DNA from: Clostridia bacterium
GTDB lineage: Bacteria > Bacillota > Clostridia > Christensenellales > JBMNLC01
DNA: 64,000 nucleotides
Direction of reading: 5' to 3'
NCBI GenBank assembly: GCA_050952525.1
Contig: JBMNLC010000001.1
Coordinates: 231,992-295,991, forward strand
Below, piece after piece: positions 9,161-20,027 of this stretch (positions within the stretch are counted from its first letter, which is position 1; each line of letters begins with the position of its first letter). Made by a program: the position numbers and the translations under genes. The notes under the pieces are model-generated. The model worked only from the letters and a program-made list of their open reading frames with translations. It was not told where the DNA came from and ran no database searches.

Positions 9161-9987
9161 TTACATATCTCTTACCTGTATTGAGATAAGCTTTAGGTAC
9201 TGGTTACTGTCAGTATTCGTGAGTGTACTCAACAAGTCTATTTCATATGCATTGCCACACACACTGTATCCCCTTTCCTTGATACCTCTTAATAATCTTT
9301 CATAGGATAGATACATTGTTTCATAGGAGCCTTTATGATATGTGGTTGCATAGATACCAGAAGGTTTTTCGAGCTTGCTAGTCACTTCTCCTGAAAAGCC
9401 ATCAGGTATCTTTATACCGAAAAAGGATGCTCGATGATAACGCCCCTCCAAAAGGGCTTCTTTTGCTATGATTGCACAAATAGGATTTTCGAAATCAATT
9501 TGGAGCTTTTGGGAGCGTTTACAGATAGAAATAAAACTCTGCATGTATGACTTTTCGTCTTCAGCGACACAAGGTTCGATCATATACAATTCCGCTTTTT
9601 CCAATTTAAAGTCGATTTTTTCAAAGTCCTTGATTCCAAGTACCTGCTCAATTAATCTGGATCGTTTCTCAATCTTTTTTCTATTCTGTCAAGCTTATGT
9701 ATTTCTGAGTCAACCTTCATTTTCTGTCTCTTAAGCATCTCAATACACCTTTCAGGGTTCCGGACGCTTTGGTATTCAATGAGTTCAGCTATAGGAACGC
9801 CGAGATTTCTGAAGGTCAGGATCGAATCCAATTCATCAGCTTGTTCCAGTGTATAATATCTGTAACCTTTTTCATCACGCTTGGCCGGCGAAATTAATCC
9901 AATTTTATCGTAATAGATTAATGTCTGTTTTGTAATACCAAGCATTTGTGCCAGTTCACCAGTAGTGAAATAAATTTTGTTCGTCAT
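9161..9987 (-). pseudogene. MerR-family regulator with C-terminal GyrI-like effector-binding domain (BmrR-like), frameshifted as assembled
   Basis: N-terminal HTH (FTTGELAQMLGITKQTLIYYDKIGL). The C-terminal ORF 9161..9604 continues the coiled-coil linker if one A is added at the homopolymer 9675-9680. Confidence 0.8.
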
Positions 9988-10070
9988 TCTCTTGTCGACC
10001 CCCTTGACTATATAGTTACTATACCCTTTATTATACCAGATGGATAATAAAAAAATATAGTAGTAGAATT

Positions 10071-11471
10071 ATGGAGAGTATCATAATGTATGGAAAACTG
10101 AAAAACAAACTAAGAGAAGCAATGATTACGACCATCTGGGCTTTGGCATGGCCTTCGATACTTGAACAAGCCCTCCAGACCGCAGTAGTTTATGTTGGCG
10201 CTGCCATGGTAGGTCAATTAGGCGCTGAGGCTTCTGCTACAGTTGGATTGACAACTACAGTCAACTGGCTTATTAGCAGTCCTGCTTTTGCCATGGGTAT
10301 AGGTGTACTCGCCTATATTTCCTTCTGCATTGGTGCTAAGGAATTACAAAAAGCCAAAATCGCCGCTGTTCAATCGATTATCATAACTCTTATTTTGGGT
10401 GTAGGTCTGGGGATAATCACCTTATCCATAAGTCCTTTTTTACCGAAATGGCTGGGAGGTGCTCCTGAGGTTCAAAGAGACGCATCCATTTATTTTGCCA
10501 TCATATGTCTGCCTATGTTGTTTCGGGTTGCATCAATCGTGTTTGGTGCTGTTCTTCGTGCTACCGGGGACATGAAAACGCCCATGAAGGCAAACCTTAT
10601 TATGAATATCGTCAATGTGATTCTAAACTTTCTATTGATATTCGATAGCCGGACAATACATGTAGGGTCATCAAGATTACTCATATATGGAGCGGGATTA
10701 GGTGTTGCCGGAGCTGCCATTGCTGCAGCCATTTCATTTTGTGTCAGCGGTGTTCTGATGACTTTTGCCCTCTATAAAAATAAAATAGTATCCCCAAAGG
10801 GTGAAAAAATAAGACTCAATCCTTCAATTATGAAAAAGTGCATTGATGTCGGCCTGCCTGTTACGGTTGAACGGGTTGTAACCAGTCTTGGCCAGGTGGT
10901 TTTTTCCTCTCTTGTAACGAGATTGGGTACGCTGGCTTTTGCAGCCCATTCCATCGCTTTGACTGCTGAACAAGCCTTTTATATTCCCGGTTATGGTATG
11001 CAGGTAGCCGCTTCAACACTTGCAGGAAATGCCCTTGGTGAAAAGGATGGAAAGAAATTCCAACGCATATCCATGACAATAATGGGAATGGCCGTTACGA
11101 TAATGACCATTTCAGGTGCGATTCTGTTTATATGGTCTGAAACCATCATGGCTTTCTTTATCAAGGATCCTATTGTTATTCGATCAGGCTCTACCATATT
11201 ACGCATTGTAGCAGTATCGGAGCCTATGTTTGCAGCACTCATTATATTGGAAGGTGTTTTCAACGGAATTGGCGATACAAGGACTCCTGTAATTGTATCA
11301 ATATTATCGATGTGGGGGGTAAGGATATTATCTACCTTCCTATGCATAATGGTATTCAAACTAAATCTGAACGCTGTGTGGGTATGCATGATTGCAGACA
11401 ATATCTTCCGTTTTGTCGTTCTTTTTGTGTGTTTTTGCAGAGGTACATGGAAAAGAAGGTTTCAAATGTGA
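10071..11471 (+). CDS. MATE-family efflux transporter
   Basis: 466 aa, 12-TM-like profile, typical MATE N-terminus and an internal repeat. Divergent from the MerR gene. The start could be ATG 10086. Confidence 0.85.
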   Translation: MESIIMYGKLKNKLREAMITTIWALAWPSILEQALQTAVVYVGAAMVGQLGAEASATVGLTTTVNWLISSPAFAMGIGVLAYISFCIGAKELQKAKIAAVQSIIITLILGVGLGIITLSISPFLPKWLGGAPEVQRDASIYFAIICLPMLFRVASIVFGAVLRATGDMKTPMKANLIMNIVNVILNFLLIFDSRTIHVGSSRLLIYGAGLGVAGAAIAAAISFCVSGVLMTFALYKNKIVSPKGEKIRLNPSIMKKCIDVGLPVTVERVVTSLGQVVFSSLVTRLGTLAFAAHSIALTAEQAFYIPGYGMQVAASTLAGNALGEKDGKKFQRISMTIMGMAVTIMTISGAILFIWSETIMAFFIKDPIVIRSGSTILRIVAVSEPMFAALIILEGVFNGIGDTRTPVIVSILSMWGVRILSTFLCIMVFKLNLNAVWVCMIADNIFRFVVLFVCFCRGTWKRRFQM

Positions 11472-11552
11472 AGTCGCTCCTGTTCCTATACACCTATTCT
11501 GAAATTCTTTCATAATATATCTTAAGTGAAAATCTTATAAGGAGGATTTCGT

Positions 11553-12440
11553 GTGGATATGCGTTATGGTCAACCAATTAGCTCGCCTTACGGACTAATG
11601 GCGGCTGTTGACGAAATGAGGTTTTGGTTACGGATTATGTTTGAGCATTCCAAATTTATACGTGGCGGGTTAAATCCAAGCGTGGAGCAGGAGCAGTTTA
11701 TACGTACCGCTGATAACTTCGCAGTAAATATTGAACAGTTATTTGTAAGCGCGATGAATACATCTTCGGAGGACGCTGCCCGTGTGAATGCATTGGTGGA
11801 TGCCAGCATAAACTGGACGGCTGCATTAAGGGACTTTAAAGTACAGTTATTTATGCTTCTTGAACAATGTAAGGCAGTTGCAGGACTACCGGCACCCCTC
11901 CTCGATCATATACGGAGGGAAGCAGACCTCTTCCTCTCTATGCTTTATCGACTGAAGGGGCTACCAGTAGCTACTGAGGATGTATTAGGCATACCAAATG
12001 CCAATATTCCCACCAGCCTAGTACCTAAGCTTCTAATTCCCTATATGGGTAATCGTATTCCCAGGATAGCTCGGGATGAAAACCTATTTTGGTTAAGGAT
12101 TCATATGGAGCATAGTGAAGTGCTGCTATTGATTGCTTATAGACCTAAACTTCAAGATATGCTATATGAGGCTACAGCTAAATTTGAAAAAGAGCTTGAG
12201 GTTTTACTGGAAGAAGCCAAAAGGATACCTGAGCAGGCCAGTGCATTAAAGACTTTCAATTCGAAAGTTTATGGTGTAATGAAGAATTGGCGTGACTTTT
12301 TGCTTGAATTATTTAATGATGTTATGGAATGTGATGTACCGTCCGGTCAGATAAATGCCCCTGCATTGATTCTTGATCATATGGCCCGTGAATCAGATTA
12401 TTATCTAGATGTCCTTTCAATTGTAGATAAAGTATTATAA
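11553..12440 (+). CDS. DUF2935 domain-containing protein
   Basis: AGGAGG precedes a GTG start. Two copies of the FW.RIM.EHS motif (EMRFWLRIMFEHSKF; NLFWLRIHMEHSEV), as I recall for DUF2935. Confidence 0.6.
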   Translation: MDMRYGQPISSPYGLMAAVDEMRFWLRIMFEHSKFIRGGLNPSVEQEQFIRTADNFAVNIEQLFVSAMNTSSEDAARVNALVDASINWTAALRDFKVQLFMLLEQCKAVAGLPAPLLDHIRREADLFLSMLYRLKGLPVATEDVLGIPNANIPTSLVPKLLIPYMGNRIPRIARDENLFWLRIHMEHSEVLLLIAYRPKLQDMLYEATAKFEKELEVLLEEAKRIPEQASALKTFNSKVYGVMKNWRDFLLELFNDVMECDVPSGQINAPALILDHMARESDYYLDVLSIVDKVL

Positions 12441-12476
12441 CCAAAGGATAACGACCAGCTAAATATATGAAGTCCT

Positions 12477-12519
12477 CTGCCCATTTCCTATAAACTCTTT
12501 GTTCATAGGAAATGGGCAG
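12477..12519. terminator. bidirectional terminator hairpin between convergent genes
   Basis: Perfect 15-bp stem CTGCCCATTTCCTAT / ATAGGAAATGGGCAG with a 13-nt loop, followed by a T-rich tract. Confidence 0.65.
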
Positions 12520-12602
12520 TTCATTTTGTCTATTTTATATTACAACTCAATGGGTTCACGCAAGGGAATATCCGGTATAAAATTGAATTTCATAGTTATG
12601 AA

Positions 12603-14018
12603 TCATGGAACGATTTCAAAAACAGTACCTTGGTTAAAATCAGTCACATTCCTAGAGCCATAAACCCCTAAGTATAGCCTGGTTTGATCCAGATTCGTTC
12701 CCAAACTGACATAAAAAGACGATTGAGATCCAAAATGATGATCCGTTTCAATAACACTAAAATCACTCAGTTTACAATCTGCTCTTACCCTGGTATAAGC
12801 CAAAACCCCTCTAGAAGGAGATTGAGATTCTTCCTTCCTGACAAAATCGGTAAACACTACGCTCCCCGCTAAATCGGGGATTCTATACCCCATATAAGGC
12901 TGGACTCCTGTAAGCGCCGTTCCACTAAACTTATCGGGTCGGGGGTCTTGATGAAAGTAACTGGTTATCGGCGGAAGACGCCCCACGGAAACTTTTACTG
13001 CTTCATTGTAATAAGCTATTGTTTTGTCATCCAGAGAGGGATTTCCAGAGCAATCCCTTATAATCGGAGTAGGAAAGGGACCTTCCCATCCTCGCCAGCC
13101 AAAGTTAATAAACCCATCTTGATCAGGTTCAGCGTTCGTTAATGAAGCCTGGATTAGCTGGGTAACGGGGATTGGTTTATAGTGAACGAATGAATAAATC
13201 GACTCTACCAGATCCTGTCCCACAATTCCCACATATTTGATATATTGATTATAAAACCTTTGATAAGAAATACCGGTTATATTGCGAACTCCTTTCGCAA
13301 TGACCGTAAGCGTTTCCTGAATAGGTACAGGAAGCTCATCAAAACGTGTAACGATGGGTGGATTATGGACAGATGTATTTTTTGCTACATCAATTTCAAT
13401 GATTTTGCCGGCGATTTCCATATCATCCTGGGCTAAATTAAATGGATCATAGCCTGATCCGCCATCCCCGGTTGTTAAGACAAGTTTTCCTGTCTCTGGT
13501 GAGAAGTTTAGGCTGTTGACACCGTTGTGATTGAAAAATGGTCTTCTCAGATTAAGTAATGTCCGCCGTTTTTGAGGTTGGCCATTCGATTGTAAAATCC
13601 ATTCTTCAACTGTATCGATATGATCATATTGAAGTTCTCGATTGATCCACTTTAGCTCTAGTGTTCTGGGATCACATGGGTTTGGATGAAAAGAGTCCGG
13701 AAGAGCCCCCGGTCCTTGTGTTCCAGCTACCGAATAATGAAGATAAAACAGACCGTTATAATGAAATTGGGGATGAAAGGCTAGTCCTAGCAATCCCCGT
13801 TCATCATATCCACCACCGGATGCACCTAGTTTTAGGATTCTTGGTCGTATATCTAATAAAGTCTCTATGACTCCGTTTCCTATGTAATAGATCTCACCTA
13901 CCTGGGTTGCAATAAATAATCTTTCCATTGAGTCACCCGGAAGTACTGCAGTTTTTAAAACAGTGGGCAAGTTTAGTTGAGTAACGATGGGTTGCAAACG
14001 AACTTTCACTTTTTTCAC
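12603..14018 (-). CDS. PQQ-dependent sugar dehydrogenase-like beta-propeller protein
   Basis: ERGLLGLAFHPQFHYNGLFYLHYS and GDGGSG motifs are typical of the glucose/sorbosone dehydrogenase family. Confidence 0.7.
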   Translation of the reverse strand: MKKVKVRLQPIVTQLNLPTVLKTAVLPGDSMERLFIATQVGEIYYIGNGVIETLLDIRPRILKLGASGGGYDERGLLGLAFHPQFHYNGLFYLHYSVAGTQGPGALPDSFHPNPCDPRTLELKWINRELQYDHIDTVEEWILQSNGQPQKRRTLLNLRRPFFNHNGVNSLNFSPETGKLVLTTGDGGSGYDPFNLAQDDMEIAGKIIEIDVAKNTSVHNPPIVTRFDELPVPIQETLTVIAKGVRNITGISYQRFYNQYIKYVGIVGQDLVESIYSFVHYKPIPVTQLIQASLTNAEPDQDGFINFGWRGWEGPFPTPIIRDCSGNPSLDDKTIAYYNEAVKVSVGRLPPITSYFHQDPRPDKFSGTALTGVQPYMGYRIPDLAGSVVFTDFVRKEESQSPSRGVLAYTRVRADCKLSDFSVIETDHHFGSQSSFYVSLGTNLDQTRLYLGVYGSRNVTDFNQGTVFEIVP

Positions 14019-14547
14019 TGGTTGTACACCCCTTCTTCATGTTTTCTTCTACCAGAATATGATCAAATTGTTCTATTCGTTCCAAATTAAGGAAGGATAA
14101 CCGGATGAGGCCTTATACCATCTTCCAATACAATACTGGTATCGTGGTTTCTAATCCTGAAGGGAAAATAAAGGATTTAATGGAGTTTTGCAGAATATTA
14201 CAAACATGTTTAACAGAATTTTTAATCTATAAAGTTACCGAAGTTTTGTACAAACATTTTCACCTGAATCTATTAAATAAGGAAAACTAATGGAATATAG
14301 TCAGGCTCTGCAAGTGCATTTAAGTGTAACCTAGCCAACTTCGAAAGGTTTGGAATGGCTATTTTGATGCCGTTGGCAGTCCTACTGGACGGATAGGGTA
14401 CTGCTGTAAAAGCCAACCAACGATACGGGATATGCATTCCCAGACGGGCATGTAAACTCAAGATACTGTGTGGTCAAATGAAGCCCCATGAAATGGAATG
14501 AGGTATAACATGGCTGTTGCAGGATGGATTGAAAGGAATATATTTGA

Positions 14548-15405
14548 ATGAATATTACGTACAAACAATTTACACATGAGTATGCTGAGATGATTTTGAA
14601 ATTGCAGCATACATGGGTATATGAAAATATCACTTACGGTGTTGTCAACGAAACCAAAGAGGACATTCTTGAACATGCCAAGGACTATTTTTATATGGCA
14701 GTTGATGGTGAAAAGGTTGTCGGATATATTACTGCCGAGGTTGTAAGGGATAATGAATACAATCTATTTCCCATGGGTGCAGACTTCCTTAGGGTGAATG
14801 ATTTATATATCAGGCAGGAATACCGCGGCAATAAAATCGGCGAAAAGCTATTATCGCTTGTCGAGAGAAAGGCATATGAAAACGGCATAAAACATATTTT
14901 CATAACTTCAGCAACAAAGGATGCCGATGCTGTCCGTAATTTCTATACTCGAAATGGTTATGATATTTGGACGACTACATTTTTTAAACGTACTGATATT
15001 GATGTACGCATATATGACCTTAACTATCTCAAATATTACCGTTTTGTTGTGATATTTGCCCGGTACCGTGATAAGTGGCTATATTGCAAACACAAGGAAC
15101 GCACTACTTGGGAAACTGCAGGAGGCCATATAGAAATCGGAGAAACAGCATTAGAAGCAGCAAAACGGGAGTTGTACGAGGAGACTGGCGCAATTAAGTT
15201 CAAAATCCGGCCTATGTTTGATTATTCGGTTCACACTCCTTCAGATTTTTCAAACGGTCAGGTTTATCTTGCGGATATAACTGAGCTTTCGGGTATACCT
15301 GATAGTGAGATGAGTGAAGTTGCTTTGTTCGATACATATCCTGAAGAGCTGACATACCCGCAGATATTACCATTGTTGTTTGAAAAAGTGAAACAATGTA
15401 AATGA
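14548..15405 (+). CDS. GNAT N-acetyltransferase fused to a NUDIX hydrolase
   Basis: GNAT motif A (IRQEYRGNKIGEKLL) sits in the N-terminal half. A complete Nudix box (GGHIEIGETALEAAKRELYEETG) sits in the C-terminal half. Confidence 0.75.
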   Translation: MNITYKQFTHEYAEMILKLQHTWVYENITYGVVNETKEDILEHAKDYFYMAVDGEKVVGYITAEVVRDNEYNLFPMGADFLRVNDLYIRQEYRGNKIGEKLLSLVERKAYENGIKHIFITSATKDADAVRNFYTRNGYDIWTTTFFKRTDIDVRIYDLNYLKYYRFVVIFARYRDKWLYCKHKERTTWETAGGHIEIGETALEAAKRELYEETGAIKFKIRPMFDYSVHTPSDFSNGQVYLADITELSGIPDSEMSEVALFDTYPEELTYPQILPLLFEKVKQCK

Positions 15406-15447
15406 GTCGAAAGTACTGTATTTCCATGGGGGATGGGGAGGAGTAAA

Positions 15448-16062
15448 ATGGATTTAATCCTTGTAAGGCATGGTGAATCATTGGGGAATATTGTAGATTA
15501 TGATTGCCCGGATCCGGAATTGACAGAACGGGGTGTGAAGCAGGCACATCTATTGGCTGAACGTTTGGCGGATGAAAAGCTTGATTATATTTTCAGCAGT
15601 CCACTGGTCAGAGCTTTGGAAACTGCCTGGATTGTGGCTTCTTATCAGGACAATAAACCGGAAGTGCGTATTGATCTTAGAGAAGTTCGGGGCTTGGGAA
15701 AGCATATAGGCCTATCCGGGAAGACGCTGATGAAACGTTATCCAGGTATTAGGCTTTTGGACAAAGCCTTTGAAAGCCATCAAGGATGGGAGGACCCTGG
15801 CAATGAATCAAGGGAGATGGGTTTTTTACGGGCTAGCAGTGTGGTGGAATACTTGAAAAGGCGATTTACAGGCGATGAGCGGATTCTAATTGTTGCCCAT
15901 GGAGGATTTAATAGTCTTTTTATTGCTTCATTATTGGGGCTCAGTCATTGGGATGCTGTCCGCTTTGCTCAGCATAATACATGCCTGAATCGTTTTAAAA
16001 TAGAACACAACCAGTGCAGAGTGGAATGTATAAATGATGCAAGCCATCTGCGACCATTATAG
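15448..16062 (+). CDS. histidine phosphatase family protein (phosphoglycerate mutase-like)
   Basis: GGAGGAG precedes ATG 15448. It has the RHG motif (LILVRHGES) and a late AHGG histidine. Confidence 0.8.
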   Translation: MDLILVRHGESLGNIVDYDCPDPELTERGVKQAHLLAERLADEKLDYIFSSPLVRALETAWIVASYQDNKPEVRIDLREVRGLGKHIGLSGKTLMKRYPGIRLLDKAFESHQGWEDPGNESREMGFLRASSVVEYLKRRFTGDERILIVAHGGFNSLFIASLLGLSHWDAVRFAQHNTCLNRFKIEHNQCRVECINDASHLRPL

Positions 16063-16253
16063 ATCAAGGGACCCATTCACTTGGTTATGATATAAAGATT
16101 TTTTTGGTGTATGTGAAAGGATTTAAAAGCAACTTTAATACTTGGTATATTGCAAAGTAGTCTGGAGCCGTATACATGAGAAGATAGCTTTTCATTCGCT
16201 ATGCTTTGAGAAAACATCTGTAGCGGAAATTAAAAGAAATAGGAGGAATCGAA

Positions 16254-17864
16254 ATGCTGAAAACCGAAACATGGCGGGCAATTGACATTCCCCTTGAGTG
16301 CCCCCATAACTATTCAAATCCATTTCTTGATGTAGATGTGATCGGTGAATTTACAGGGCCTGACGGCGAGATCATTAGGCTGTATGGCTTCTGGGACGAT
16401 GGTAACAGGTGGGTCATCCGTTTTGCGCCTACCTGCATCGGAATATGGTCATACAAAACATACGCAAGCGACGGTTCTGCCGTCTTTGAGACCACAGGCT
16501 TGATTGAGTGTGTACCTTACTCCGGTGAGCTTGACATCTATAAGCATGGCTTTCTTAAGGTCGGGCCTCAGGGGAGGTATCTTGCATATAACGACAATAC
16601 TCCGTTTTTCTGGCTGGGTGACACCCATTGGACCTTTATCACCGAGGAGCGATATGACGAGTCGAACTGCCCCTTGTATGAAAGTCAATTCAAAGCCTGT
16701 GTAGATAAGCGTGTAGAGCAGAAATTCACCGTCTATCAAAGCAACTTTCGGGATGGAAAAGACTACAACTTATTCGGCCGCTACTTTGAGTACCTGGTGG
16801 AAACAGAAAATGGACTGTTACCTGACTTGGAGCTTTTCAATAATAATATAGAGCCGAAGATGAAGTATATTGCCGATACGGGACTTGTCAATGCGGTTGG
16901 CTATTCGTGGGGCGGTGCGATTCTCAAGGGCGGGGTTGAGCGGTACAAGTTGCTCGCCAAATACCTTGTCGCGCGCTACGGTGCTTATCCGGTCATATGG
17001 ACACTTGCCGGCGAGCTTCCAGGCTATAATCCCGCACAGTACAATGAATTGATTGACGGATGGAGAGAGGTTGCCCTTGAGACCGAGCGTTGTGACGGTT
17101 ATAACAATCTGCAGTCCGTTCACCTTGCAACGGACAGGCCGTTTCCAGGCATTTATCAGGGGGAAAAGTGGTATGATTTTGCGATGAGTCAAGCCGGGCA
17201 TGGTGACTTCGACATGTTCTACACCATGTATACCGACTTTCGGCGTGACTATCCTGCCTGTCCCCTCGTTGAAAGTGAGGGACTTTACGAAGGTGCTCGC
17301 TCCAACGAATTATACTCGCGTACGATTACTGCCAAGATGATGCGGCGGCTTGCATATACAGTAATGCAGTGCGGAGGCTGCGGTTATACATATGGCTGTA
17401 ATGGTGTATGGGAGCTTCAATGGGAAGCCGGTGTCGGTGGAATCGGATGGGGTGATATGGCGTGGTGGGATGGCCTTGATCTGCCCGGAGCAAATCAGCT
17501 CACCATATTCCGTGAATTCTACGAGAGTGTGCAATGGCATACCCTTCGCCCGGTTAACTTTGTAGCAGGCGGTCGTCCTTTCTCGGAGCGTCTCGACCTC
17601 CTTAGCCGTCCACTTTTTACAGCAAATGATGACATGAGTACAGTCGTCGGTTATTTCAGCGAGAGCTCGATGAAAGCGACGACGATATCGACGCTGCCAT
17701 ACAAAAGCTACTTGGTTCGCTGGTTTGATCCCGAGACCGGTGAATATACAACTGTGGATACGGATGCACGGCCGCAGGCTGGTTGCTGGTCGCTCCCTAG
17801 GACATCCTCGATGTTCAACCGCGATCGGAAGGACAAGGTCCTTGTACTGACTGCTAACAAATAA
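16254..17864 (+). CDS. DUF5060/DUF4038 glycoside hydrolase (GH140-like)
   Basis: The N-terminal segment NPFLDVDV..F.GPDG..I.LYGFWDDGN.WVIRF is DUF5060-like. NTPFFWLGDTHW is typical of DUF4038. Confidence 0.6.
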   Translation: MLKTETWRAIDIPLECPHNYSNPFLDVDVIGEFTGPDGEIIRLYGFWDDGNRWVIRFAPTCIGIWSYKTYASDGSAVFETTGLIECVPYSGELDIYKHGFLKVGPQGRYLAYNDNTPFFWLGDTHWTFITEERYDESNCPLYESQFKACVDKRVEQKFTVYQSNFRDGKDYNLFGRYFEYLVETENGLLPDLELFNNNIEPKMKYIADTGLVNAVGYSWGGAILKGGVERYKLLAKYLVARYGAYPVIWTLAGELPGYNPAQYNELIDGWREVALETERCDGYNNLQSVHLATDRPFPGIYQGEKWYDFAMSQAGHGDFDMFYTMYTDFRRDYPACPLVESEGLYEGARSNELYSRTITAKMMRRLAYTVMQCGGCGYTYGCNGVWELQWEAGVGGIGWGDMAWWDGLDLPGANQLTIFREFYESVQWHTLRPVNFVAGGRPFSERLDLLSRPLFTANDDMSTVVGYFSESSMKATTISTLPYKSYLVRWFDPETGEYTTVDTDARPQAGCWSLPRTSSMFNRDRKDKVLVLTANK

Positions 17865-18066
17865 GAAAGAGCCCATGTATGTAAGCTAAGAAATGGCGCG
17901 CTAGCCCATACCCTTTCGGTGGACACTTGTGCCTTCTGGAACAAGATTTTGCAGCATATAAACCTAATAGAAAGTGGATAGACGATTAACGTATTTAGAA
18001 CTGATGAAGACTGGCTTTGCCAGAACGAATGATTGCTTTCTCGGCAAGGATGGAGGGAGAGGCTAG

Positions 18067-19056
18067 ATGAGCATCATAAAAACCCACGATATAACCCTGT
18101 ATGGCGGAAGCGGCAGCGATATTGTCCTACGCCCCCTTTGTGATGACCATCTTCCTTACCTGTACAAATGGTGTGCTGATCCGGAGGTGCTCTACTGGAC
18201 GGAGGGCGGCACGGCTGATGAGGATCTGTCTTACGGCCCGGATACCGTCCATCAGATATATGGCGGGGTTTCCCAGAAGGCACTCTGCTTCCTCATTGAG
18301 GCAGACGGTATCCCCATTGGCGAATGCTGGCTGCAAAGGATGAACCTGCCGGATGTCATGGCAATGTACCCTGAAGATCTGGATGTCCGCCGGATCGATA
18401 TGTGCATCGGTGAAAAGGGGTACTGGAACCGTGGTATCGGCACACAGTTTATAGGCATGTTGGTGGACTTTGCTTTTTCCGGTGAGCATGTTGATGTCCT
18501 GCACTGCTTCTGCGAGGACTACAATATCCGCAGCAGGCGTATGTGGGAGAAGCACGGGTTTACCCAGATATTGGCCGAGCCGCTGCCCCAGCCGCAAAAG
18601 GGACAATGGCAGTATCACTACCGGTTGACAAGGGAGGAATTTATCGAGCACCGTCGCGTAAAGGTACCAGAAGAACAACAGTTTTTACTCCCTATTGTAG
18701 AGCTGCAACCCAGCCAGCTCTATATCAGCCAAGGAAAACTCCGCCTGGTGAGGGAATGGTTCGACCTGGGGGACCTTGGACCCTTCGATCCCATTCCTGT
18801 CAAGAAATGGAATGACCGCATCATTATGACAGACGGCCATACCCGGGCGGTGGCAGCCCATATCGCTGGTTGGGATTGCGTTCCTGTCTATTGGGATAAG
18901 GACGAGCTGGATATGGGCGCATATGCCATGTGTATCCAATGGTGTGATGAGGATGGTATACATAGCCCGGTTGATCTCGCCAAAAGGATTGTGCCACATA
19001 AGGAATATGAGCATTTATGGCGGAAACGATGTATGGAGATGATCCTTGCAGATTAA
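18067..19056 (+). CDS. GNAT acetyltransferase fused to a ParB/Srx-like N-terminal-domain module
   Basis: The N-terminal half is GNAT-like (LRPL..D..YLYKW..DPEV; NRGIGTQFI). The C-terminal half has LQPSQLYISQ...PIPV....RIIMTDGHTRAVAA...VPVY, resembling the ParB-like nuclease/CTPase-fold motif. Confidence 0.6.
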   Translation: MSIIKTHDITLYGGSGSDIVLRPLCDDHLPYLYKWCADPEVLYWTEGGTADEDLSYGPDTVHQIYGGVSQKALCFLIEADGIPIGECWLQRMNLPDVMAMYPEDLDVRRIDMCIGEKGYWNRGIGTQFIGMLVDFAFSGEHVDVLHCFCEDYNIRSRRMWEKHGFTQILAEPLPQPQKGQWQYHYRLTREEFIEHRRVKVPEEQQFLLPIVELQPSQLYISQGKLRLVREWFDLGDLGPFDPIPVKKWNDRIIMTDGHTRAVAAHIAGWDCVPVYWDKDELDMGAYAMCIQWCDEDGIHSPVDLAKRIVPHKEYEHLWRKRCMEMILAD

Positions 19057-19126
19057 CATAATTCATACACTTTTTTGCGACAAAAAGGTGGGAAGCATAT
19101 ACTAATATATATAGAGGGGGAACGAG

Positions 19127-20011
19127 ATGAAGATTTCTACACAAACAGATTACCTGGCAAGAATATACGGAGAAGAGAATGCCATACGAAAGCTGGCCGA
19201 AATCGGCTATGATGCTTATGATTTTTCTATGTTTGAGATCGGAGTGAATGATCATCCGATAGGACGCAGCGACTATGAATCTTATGTATATAGGCTACGG
19301 CGGGCAGCAGATGAAAGCGGTATTGTCTGCAATCAAAGTCATGCTCCATTCCCAAGCTATCTTCCGGATAACGATGAATACAACAGATGCATTTTTCCAC
19401 TTCTTGTTCGTGCCATTGAAGCAACAGGTCTGCTGGGCGGAAAAATCGTGGTCATTCATCCTGCCGTATTCCCAGGGCACAAAATAGGGGGTAGCTCCGA
19501 ATGCATAAAAACCAATATGGAATTATATCAAGCGCTGCTTCCCCATGCAAGGAAGTATAATGTAAAGATTGCTCTCGAGAATATGTATAATTGGTATCCT
19601 GGGGATGCAACGGCATCACCCGCAACCTGCTCTTCCGCAGAAGAATTTATTCGCTACATGGATGCTTTAGGCACAGATGACTTTGTGGCATGTCTCGATA
19701 TAGGGCATAGTGAAATGCAGAATACAGGAGCAAATTCAGCTGCGGAGATGATTCGGGCTCTTGGTAGCAAGAGGCTGAAGGCGCTGCATATTCATGACAA
19801 TGATTTGGTGGGTGACACACACACCCTGCCTTTTACTGAAAAAATTAATTGGGATGAAGTGATGATAGCATTAAAGGAAACTCAATACGATGGGGAATTC
19901 ACTTTTGAAGCGGATAACTTCCTTAGCAAATTCCCACCAGAGCTGGCTGTTCACGCATCACGGATGATGCTTGAAGTAGGGCGTTATTTTGTGAAAAAGT
20001 ATGCTCTGTAA
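19127..20011 (+). CDS. sugar phosphate isomerase/epimerase (xylose isomerase-like TIM barrel)
   Basis: AP_endonuc_2-type motifs: VVIHP, ALENM, CLDIGH, HIHDN. Confidence 0.8.
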   Translation: MKISTQTDYLARIYGEENAIRKLAEIGYDAYDFSMFEIGVNDHPIGRSDYESYVYRLRRAADESGIVCNQSHAPFPSYLPDNDEYNRCIFPLLVRAIEATGLLGGKIVVIHPAVFPGHKIGGSSECIKTNMELYQALLPHARKYNVKIALENMYNWYPGDATASPATCSSAEEFIRYMDALGTDDFVACLDIGHSEMQNTGANSAAEMIRALGSKRLKALHIHDNDLVGDTHTLPFTEKINWDEVMIALKETQYDGEFTFEADNFLSKFPPELAVHASRMMLEVGRYFVKKYAL

Positions 20012-20027
20012 CAGGATTATCAAGGGC

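Noticed and set aside
14019-14547. 530-bp non-coding gap scanned for a riboswitch, T-box, RNase P, tmRNA or other structured RNA.
   Set aside because: I found no conserved motif I could recognise: no T-box sequence, B12 box, or purine/TPP/SAM-type cores. Only short weak hairpins are present.
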